A stretch of DNA of 59,150 nt from SAR324 cluster bacterium (GTDB lineage Bacteria > SAR324 > XYD2-FULL-50-16): NCBI GenBank assembly GCA_028280735.1, contig JANQLH010000170.1:1-59150 (forward strand). The letters run 5' to 3'. The notes under the pieces are model-generated. The model did no database searches, had not been told where the DNA came from, and was given only the letters and a program-made list of their open reading frames with translations. Below, piece after piece: positions 59,001 through 59,150 of this stretch. The translations under genes and the position numbers were made by a program. Every line of letters begins with the position of its first letter. Within the stretch, counting starts at the first letter, position 1.

Positions 59001-59150
59001 ACGTTTCTGCTGATCAATGTTACGGGACATTCAAAAAAATAGGTATCGACTATGGTCCAACCCACCGCGGCATTGAAGAACTGCACATTGGAGAAAACCA
59101 GGTATTGGCACACCTGTCAATGGCTAACGTTGCAAAGGATGGACTGATGG
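38072..59150 (+). CDS. trans-AT polyketide synthase 3 (partial, continues beyond the window): DH-like, ACP, KS, KR, ACP, three KS-DH-KR-ACP modules, then KS, DH
   Basis: This ORF is absent from the supplied track because it has no stop in the window. I translated it by hand from ATG 38072. Anchor codons at 38267, 40013, 43766, 45173, 48302, 49775, 52826, 54245, 57224 and 58664 are all in register with 38072, and I saw no stop. About 7026 codons are visible. Confidence 0.9.
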   Translation, partial: MISGLEEIFKQTAKRDLTVEQALSLIQSLEKKSGLVTDDRLSPLNSDENTLVNHTFSYDDDYLKDHLVFGRQTLLGITYCSLAIEAAKMLSPKGKVSSIDKLFFKQPVVFEKDEQIAIKIKLENSGDQPAFHVSGVNQAQSTTIEAASGVYNFLTPSKPLVKRLNLKDIAKNFSQIQTFEEIYHRNQHESVIIGPTLQTIKSVATGNREVLAELVLKRDQPLFNYDPGLINGAIMSSVYGMEGMLSRELFLPIMIKKIRFGQPLPNYCRAYSKIVKLKEEVLIVDITLTDKHGEVLLSLEEFTLKKVRSANDFGKEEKKKSAIKSMPVVNKTSSSNIVDRLKSYLVENIKTLLDDSNQEIEDSINFMELGLSSANLVSFTEQMETELQLDLFPTLFFEYQNIAELAEFLRTEHQDKIKAYFKDTPPTLENPDREETEVDSNQAISSQTVEQVFADKKSTQRSSGILASSPAPLDKISENEIAIIGMAGVFPRSDSTEEFWENLLKGTNLIEEIPEDHFDFRPWYDPEPDKKDKMYCKWGSFINNVDKFDAPFFNISRREAQLMDPQMRLLLEVIYKTAEDAGYAAKIRGTNTGMYVGVCFYDYKQEMDRLGKPMEPHDGTGNSPTMMSNRPSFFFDLKGPSLTVDTACSSTLIALHLASKAILNNECESAFVAGANLLLCSWHYRYFCSIGALSHTGRSHTFDQRADGYVPGETVAAVLLKSKSRAIQDNDRIYAVIKGSAINHGGNTQSVTAPSIKQEAMVIENAWQDAGIDPETVSYIEAHGTGTKLGDPVEVSAMKRAFSSHTNKKDFCAIGSAKAHIGHAEGSAGIAGLIKVVLSLRNKTIPAMPHFRKVNPYIEIDDSPLYINPQPIDWKPQNGHIRRAGISSFGFGGAYAHVVIEEYQEKPEEIKHNEPVDHLVVVSAKNTERLNAYCHSLAEFLSEKPVRATSDGRLPSSIPLEQIAWTLQKGREEMEERLALIVSSKTELLEGLIRFQEQPVLEDKEKIFYCNIKNKKLKSAINASNTSIEILYEQKNLEELAKRWVTGSKINWDLVSDTSDYKPVSLVSYPFTRKSYWIPKFEKPAVESNPVENNREISNHFYQTNWRIQPIESVPASQWLTGTTLVFDTADNHTTALKERREGSDGRWISVTVGDHFQQQASDRFQINPRIADNYTKLLDNLKRENKIPETVIYLWNLSAKNPEKPKKTNQYMLPAKDIADIVLPLFHILNSLSTLKRFPVKRFIHCFSGKDQLDPFRESVAGFSNSLKAIWPDFVFTNLNLLQTNKTTTRLADLLHKEWACNLENISREVRYQGNQRLVPVTEPLAWNNKIEVQAKPEDVYVVTGGLGALGLITARHLVKQHNLKVALIGRSNPDPVKRAFIAEQKEQGASIDYFQADVVDPVALERCLARVRSSFGPIKGIIHAAGINDGRLLKDKTEKEFLNALNPKIQGLINIDELTKDDSLNHFVVYASIASLLGDFGQCDYAVSNRFCDAFGELREQQREQGLRQGKTTIIGWPLWKDGGMHMDAKAEALFLNSSGMSYLESEEGLKILDQSLACSLTHLFTFRGEKVTIDKLMADAFSGRTQLSKPSPVRKSSQVSTPDKDSRDKILRVRIRKIAAGLLDLNDDELDSDESFVDYGFDSIILKEFSARLGSTFDIDISPTLFFNRSTINELCDYLNEEYPGLALDENKTEIKPKPAFETSKSIPHQETAAKPSAEAPSEAVESAIAVIGMSAKFPKSKNLKEFWRHLENNEDLISIIPEDRWDWRSFYSGKDIKPHLSNSKWGGFIDNVDTFDASFFNISPNEAEVMDPQHRVFLETSWKAIEDAGYKVSTFESRKVGVFAGVQFNDYKDLILESGDSRPQIGTGNSHAMLVNRVSYLLNFNGPSEAIDTACSGSLVAIHRAKQSLLSGECDLALAGGVSLIVSSKQFVYASQLGMLSVDGRCKTFDKTANGFVKGEGVGVLLLKPLKKAREDNDHIYAVVKGSAVNHGGKSNSLTAPDSGAQAELIKMAQKDAGIEASTISYIEAHGTGTELGDPVEVDGLHLAFASSSQKCALGSVKTNIGHLEPAAGIAGVIKTVLSLKHKKLTGNPHFKDLNPYIKLRDRFVIIQKTKDWIRLKNSDGSEIPLRAGVSAFGFGGANAHIVLEEYEQLPHRKQPAGYDSHLILLSAKSEESLTRYAEYLKTWLQNVSADREESHSLADIAYTLQVGREEMACRLVIVTESVNDLTLKLEKFQPGKQAADVYFNSIKENQPLVAGNSSLSQSNITTFKDSTKAEQRVIAQHWVSGQSYDWQQFYQDESPGRIPLPTYPFAPDRYWIGNGQPSLLRGHATSSAGWTVSPPENGLSANILLTGQEFFLRDHVIGGKKVLPGAAYIDLVCRTAEQLTSQSVSKIRNLSWIRKLEVGSDTLTLNVEFFPQHDSLEFSVTSRSNTHARGELVLNKPEATSTIDDDSYDIQSIKSRCIQKLGNEEVYQYYAREGFEYGPDFQPIETVYFNEAEALSSLLAPIGIDENQMLSALLDGAFQTIIGLQNHSSQPANKIYLPFAVEEINFIDTLPNRCFAHVYPDAAEDSKNDDLKIYHLSLNDTNGRQLINIRGLTFKALNQVKNSQISYYSSEWKEETVTDSSPSEEPETLLLFCHDRKTAEPIAEQFVEVGNNQNKVIFVKAADRFDKASDKEYAINPSHKDDFISLFSSLKLEQSFPSRIIVLWDHSLASGAHGDLKIIKARSFPGMINLTQAIMESKPTDPIHLLYGYNKTIDFKAGLAMAGFFKTLAKENLNFLYRSVGLELSTDQITKPIDKANATKLLNELFNAGNFSFGVEYRDQRRLTAHYRTLETASASEINGFLKTDGVYWITGGLGGIGKKLATYIADRIKGVIIISGRTAADESAESFFQSISAKGSTVNYIQSDVAHLDQTKKLVDKVLSEFDRIDGIFHCAGTLNDSFVLKKKSEEITRVLSPKIDGIEVIDETTGTLPLDFLVLFSSISAAFGNIGQADYAFANAYLDSFAQWRNALVLKGERKGQTISINWPFWQGGGMALNDQIKSGLAQAAKSTSITDSEGFVALEHAFKLGLPQLIVCKGHHIDELHPQVKLQDEQEQQDETSDHHHLLYQKTEGYLKQVLSAETGVKEFNLKPSEPLEKYGIDSVVILALNRRLEKDFQGLSKTLFFEYQTINELTEYFINHQTKPLQQILNFSDEKSPIEAAPVSKTATIVQKKPIAINKPLDIKSQLRQDIAIVGLSGRYPLADDLDEFWENLKTGKDCIVEIPEERWDYRAFFDEDRDKIGFSYSKWGGFINDVDKFDPLFFNISPQEAELMDPQERLFLETAWTAVEDAGLLKTDLWGSKTGVYVGVMYGQYQLYSADNQPDHNEPVLLSSYSSIANRVSYFFNLRGPSLALDSMCSSSLTSICLASDALKNNDIDLAIAGGVNVTIHPHKHLFLSQGRFASSEGLCRSFGEGGDGYVPGEGVGVVLLKRLDDAVANNDSIYGIIQGYALNHGGKTNGYTVPNPKAQSELIKEAWDKAGSNPKTIGYLEAHGTGTSLGDPVEITGLQLAFQPFKLAKQSCPIGSVKSNVGHLESAAGIVALTKVLLQMKYGQLVPSIHADTLNPNIDFDNSSFYVQQTQSPWTTAHDTEGQPIAKRAGISSFGAGGANAHLVVEEYIQPPAQNEKTDDQLSLFVLSAHNKEQLKSYVSRFIRFLDKVEVPANNENLHSGKTDDKSITLANITYTSQVGRESFSQRLCILCNSIGELKQTLSAYSQNESNIDNLYYGDTAPHNNNISTLLSGQPGRDFIQSIIRSNDLQRLAQVWTTGMDIDWSMLYKQVIPNRISMPTYPFAKERYWAPKNNPGPKQTNRNRTSDMLHPLLHRNQSDFWAQTFTSSFNGKEFFLSDHRILDKPILPGAAYLEIVREAVFRSAKISSQEKSLKLSDVIWLQPFVADKQSRQLHILLEPQKTDSVHCEIYSTEEAGNGEMTIHMKGKAVITEPEVMLQQDLEKLRNQCYKPIIKNSECYRRFQTLGMVYGKAHQGLVEVHRGDRLIMARIVLPQHLLAEFDCYYLHPTIIDSVLQAAIGFNWEEQSQHPMLPFAFEEMTLFGACKQEMWAVLTREATTDKEDTILKFNAELYDTEGNCHVLLKGLTCKRKEEKHPERLSDESANKAILAPSWQKIDAGRSEPVPVDNQHQVVLYGFDSDDYKQLERDLPWAELERVPQLVGETEECYQLLANRLFKKLKRLLLNHTSKKALLQLLIAEEESTMMLAGLSALLKSAHLENPNLNTQILLLNSKSSPTQLVDTIKQSAAFPTETEIKYENGYLWGKRYLPISNPSPTAAPIWREGAVYLITGGAGGIGLLVASEIGEKTNRVTLILTGRSKLSKARQAAIDAIKAKGADVYYRQMDISDPEAAKRLIVGITSEFGQLNGILHCAGITNDQFIVKKTAEDFNRVLQPKTKGTINIDLASKHLDLDCFILFSSTSANLGNPGQSDYATANAFLDHFAHYRGELVARQKRSGFTLSINWPLWEEGGMQLDNDLIKKLEEKTGMVPMPTSVAFDLLYQSINAGRHQTVALYGKTEHLLIYFQPQSSPNRAQLEAIPETKDESPKVERALNRNVISYFKDLLSEYIKLPVERIQADTPFDTYGVNSIMINKMTDQLEKTFGQLSKTLFFEYKNIRELAGFFLENHHETLGHVFSSSLKDTAPFIKKPESHTNLSGSKQNRFLNRVASTKAAEKAFDTEIAIVGLAGRYPEADNLEAFWNNLEKGIDCISEVPEDRWDKDRYFSPEKGIHGKTYSRWGGFLNDVDKFDPLFFNISPREAEILDPQERLFLECAYDVISDAGYTRHNLGISDTCPVGGDVGVFVGVMYEEYQLFGAQELEKGNPLALPGSPSSIANRVSYFCDFKGPSIAIDTMCSSSLTSLHMACNSIINEECSEAIAGGVNLSLHPSKYLLLGKAKFMSSDGRCKSFGEGGDGYVPGEGVGAVLLKRKSKAVEDGDHIYGIIKSSAINHGGKTNGYSVPSPQAQAQVIENAFRKSGVHPRSVSYLEAHGTGTALGDPIEIEGLSRVFKQTTGDNQFCAIGSVKSNIGHCESAAGIAGLTKVLLQLKHKKHVPSLHTSLLNQKIDWKQTPFVVQQKMEGWQQPQLTINGKAELFPRIAGISSFGAGGSNAHVLIEEHDDSSITNRFDPKTYPHPALVVLSARTSEQLQLQIERLSTYLQNNELSHLDLFRIAYTLQVGREQMTERVAFAAASLRQMEEKLAACLSGTEPPADVFWGKAHADNNIQFEIDPEESSQHVVRQYLATSDYQKLLQSWTRGLPIDWQLLYDYQTPQRISLPSYPYSRKRCWYASAEAATELHPLFVKNISIGTEQKFLSRFNGEEFFLQDHQVRNQKILPGVIFLEMARAAGNLATDQPITQVKDIVFRQQLAVDSKGKEVVVELDSQSEDMNFAICSHEENDNQTVYCKGELVLGSHHKPTVGKHNIQKIQNRCTSSIPGKECYTLLEQSGLNYGKSFQAIQRLHYNETETLAELALPFESNKYLLPPGLLDAALQACMGLSLSQQIDKEKQLYLPIAIDRVILHQTPQSHGFAYVRYTPGSGPGKKAIKFDIDLLNQQGDICISLKQFTTMATTSKSKNQSHKSVMKGILTTTPQWCNKPITRPQQFNTAIPLTLFMGGFKKATVYEVRKTFKHLTVFNLPCVASAQPQDLITTFQSLYSHIRSILEQTPKTDQHILFLVPSDAKKRLHTFVSGLLKTAFLEHSKIKSKVVEVYSEIPSAVCDIVKQEQIVGTFDDFDVRYRDHSLREVIRFQKTDLASPSDELAVRAGGVYWITGGLGGLGKIFTEYLGQNSEATIILSGRSKTNPSIEEELEKLRQNDITVSYITCDVSRLDEVESAYNQIKADYGKLDGIIHGAGTVLDSFILNKTEETIITVLNPKIRGLINIDTVTRNENLEFLMLVSSVAGALGNIGQCDYAAANAFLDTYADYRQTLVQEKHRFGKTISVNWPLWQDGGMRISKEAEEMMRQSTGMIPLETFQGIQILNEILNTGTNRVMVMAGDVTQIEQQLFSRLDTTKTRPDHKIKTPEFDHQQAKSDILQLLKQDVFSILKVETEELDNHTKINEYGFDSVSLTEFAGLLNDQYQLELTPADFFEIATLDRIADYVLENHQPQIPPSSYLSSEETTIASQVVPVRHSADVIENHPETAQQGPIAIIGVSGRFPMAEDIDDFWQNLLEGKDCIENVPVDRWDWKATLDNPSDENIQSGVKWGGFIKGIEEFDPIFFGISPNEAVLMDPQQRLLMMYVWKAVEDAGYSPQKLAGSKTGIFVATGATGYQQLVSKAGLPTEGYTSTGLTPSVGPNRMSYFLDIHGPSEPIETACSSSLVAIHRAVGAIADKSCDLAIVGGVNTIVTPDGHVGFSKAGMLSKEGRCKTFSDKADGYVRGEGVGMIVLKSLKAAELARDQIYGVILSTAENHGGRANSLTAPNPIAQAELLKEAYTKIGIDPTTIGYIETHGTGTKIGDPIEINGLKSAFEQLDWHTKDQRTNNKHCGLGSVKTNIGHLELSAGVAGVIKVLLQLKHKILVKSLHCDTINPYINLEDSPFYIVNENQEWRPPQNAQGAILPRRAGISSFGFGGTNAHIVVEEYISEDQQPTKINHNKTQSAIIVLSAKDADRLRDQASHFLRHVQKQQYTSTDLMDVAFTLQVGRDAMEERLAIIANNSQQLEEKLQHFLERHQGTDGLYYGRAQQQLQDQQEDIEKWIREKEFSKLLHSWVQGAVVDWNLLYDTPLPRRISLPTYPFAREFYWIKGSGLTTNDNKIVATSSSPGAHPLLHHNTSTLLEQRFSSQFTGHEPFFNDHIINNKKVLPATAYLEMAREAISRAASELYDDQAHIRLKNIMWIHPIIASNAPVVVNINLRYEETTEEIAFEIAQQESLSQVINCRGIASFSEEPQISTLDLEAVKQQCRQKHVSADQCYGTFKKIGIDYGPTHRGIEELHIGENQVLAHLSMANVAKDGLM
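38210..39310 (+). other. PKS module 6, second half: DH-like domain with Asp-to-Asn change, ACP
   Basis: After the N-terminal docking helices (MISGLEEIFKQTAKRDLTVEQALSLIQSLE) comes KDHLVFGRQTLLG (His codon 38267-38269). There the Pro of HxxxGxxxxP is Leu, and DPGLINGAIMS stands where DxxxQ would be (Asp replaced by Asn). ACP is MELGLSSANL (Ser codon 39188-39190). Confidence 0.7.
39509..43140 (+). other. PKS module 7: KS, KR, ACP (boundaries approximate)
   Basis: - KS: DTACSST (Cys codon 40013-40015), EAHGTGTKLGDPVE, KAHIGHAE, GRSHTFD in place of GRCKTFD, VSYPFTRKSYWIP
- KR: TGGLGALG (~42095-42130), GQCDYAVSN
- ACP: YGFDSIIL (Ser codon 43007-43009). Confidence 0.8.
43262..47650 (+). other. PKS module 8: KS, DH, KR, ACP (boundaries approximate)
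   Basis: - KS: DTACSGS (Cys codon 43766-43768), EAHGTGTELGDPVE, KTNIGHLE, LPTYPFAPDRYWIG
- DH: RDHVIGGKKVLPG (His codon 45173-45175), EYGPDFQP, LLDGAFQT
- KR: TGGLGGIG (~46648-46690), GQADYAFAN
- ACP: YGIDSVVI (Ser codon 47534-47536). Confidence 0.8.
47798..52130 (+). other. PKS module 9: KS, DH, KR, ACP (boundaries approximate)
   Basis: - KS: DSMCSSS (Cys codon 48302-48304), EAHGTGTSLGDPVE, KSNVGHLE, FGAGGANAH, MPTYPFAKERYWAP
- DH: SDHRILDKPILPG (His codon 49775-49777), IIDSVLQA
- KR: TGGAGGIG (~51120-51150), GQSDYATAN
- ACP: YGVNSIMI (Ser codon 52025-52027). Confidence 0.8.
52301..56590 (+). other. PKS module 10: KS, DH, KR, ACP (boundaries approximate)
   Basis: - KS: DTMCSSS (Cys codon 52826-52828), EAHGTGTALGDPIE, KSNIGHCE, FGAGGSNAH, LPSYPYSRKRCWYA
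- DH: QDHQVRNQKILPG (His codon 54245-54247), LLDAALQA
- KR: TGGLGGLG (~55570-55610), GQCDYAAAN
- ACP: YGFDSVSL (Ser codon 56471-56473). Confidence 0.8.
56717..59150 (+). other. PKS module 11 (partial): KS, then a DH truncated by the window edge
   Basis: - KS: ETACSSS (Cys codon 57224-57226), ETHGTGTKIGDPIE, KTNIGHLE, LPTYPFAREFYWIK
- DH: NDHIINNKKVLPA (His codon 58664-58666), DYGPTHRG

The reading frame is still open at 59150. Confidence 0.8.

Noticed and set aside
1-59150. A search by eye for CRISPR-like regularly spaced repeats, rRNA, intact IS elements or transposases, and cyanobacterial HIP1 (GCGATCGC) enrichment.
   Set aside because: None was found. The non-coding regions are short apart from 12220-13328, which shows only short AT-rich repeats.

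Overview
This 59.15-kb window is low-GC by eye and is dominated by a large trans-AT polyketide synthase / NRPS biosynthetic gene cluster that runs off the right edge.

Left ~6.5 kb:
- an accessory or island-like remnant: a truncated integrase N-terminus, a vapBC toxin-antitoxin pair and a tRNA 3'-half-like fragment
- a small hypothetical ORF
- a single-chain membrane hybrid two-component protein (7TMR-DISM sensor, HisKA/HATPase, REC, LytTR)
- an ICMT/PEMT-like membrane methyltransferase

From 6.58 kb:
- two discrete acyltransferase genes: a GASLGE variant, and a canonical GHSLGE malonyl-type enzyme with a C-terminal extension
- a convergent 1109-aa CHAT-like / STAND NTPase / TPR protein whose CHAT catalytic residues appear lost
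- a 1.1-kb AT-rich divergent control region
- three co-directional megasynthase genes with no functional integrated AT

Megasynthase layout:
- PKS1 (13329-26171): KS, dead AT, DH, KR, ACP, KS, KR, cMT, ACP, KS, ACP
- PKS2 (26178-36254): C, A, PCP, KS, KR, ACP, KS, DH
- a group II PLP decarboxylase gene (36429-38075) wedged inside a split module
- PKS3 (38072 to beyond 59150): DH-like, ACP, KS, KR, ACP, then KS-DH-KR-ACP three times, then KS-DH. It has no stop in the window, so it is missing from the supplied ORF track; I translated it by hand.

Ten KS domains and one glycine-like NRPS module are visible. I saw no rRNA, intact tRNA, CRISPR array or intact transposase. All family calls are by-eye motif recognition, not database searches.
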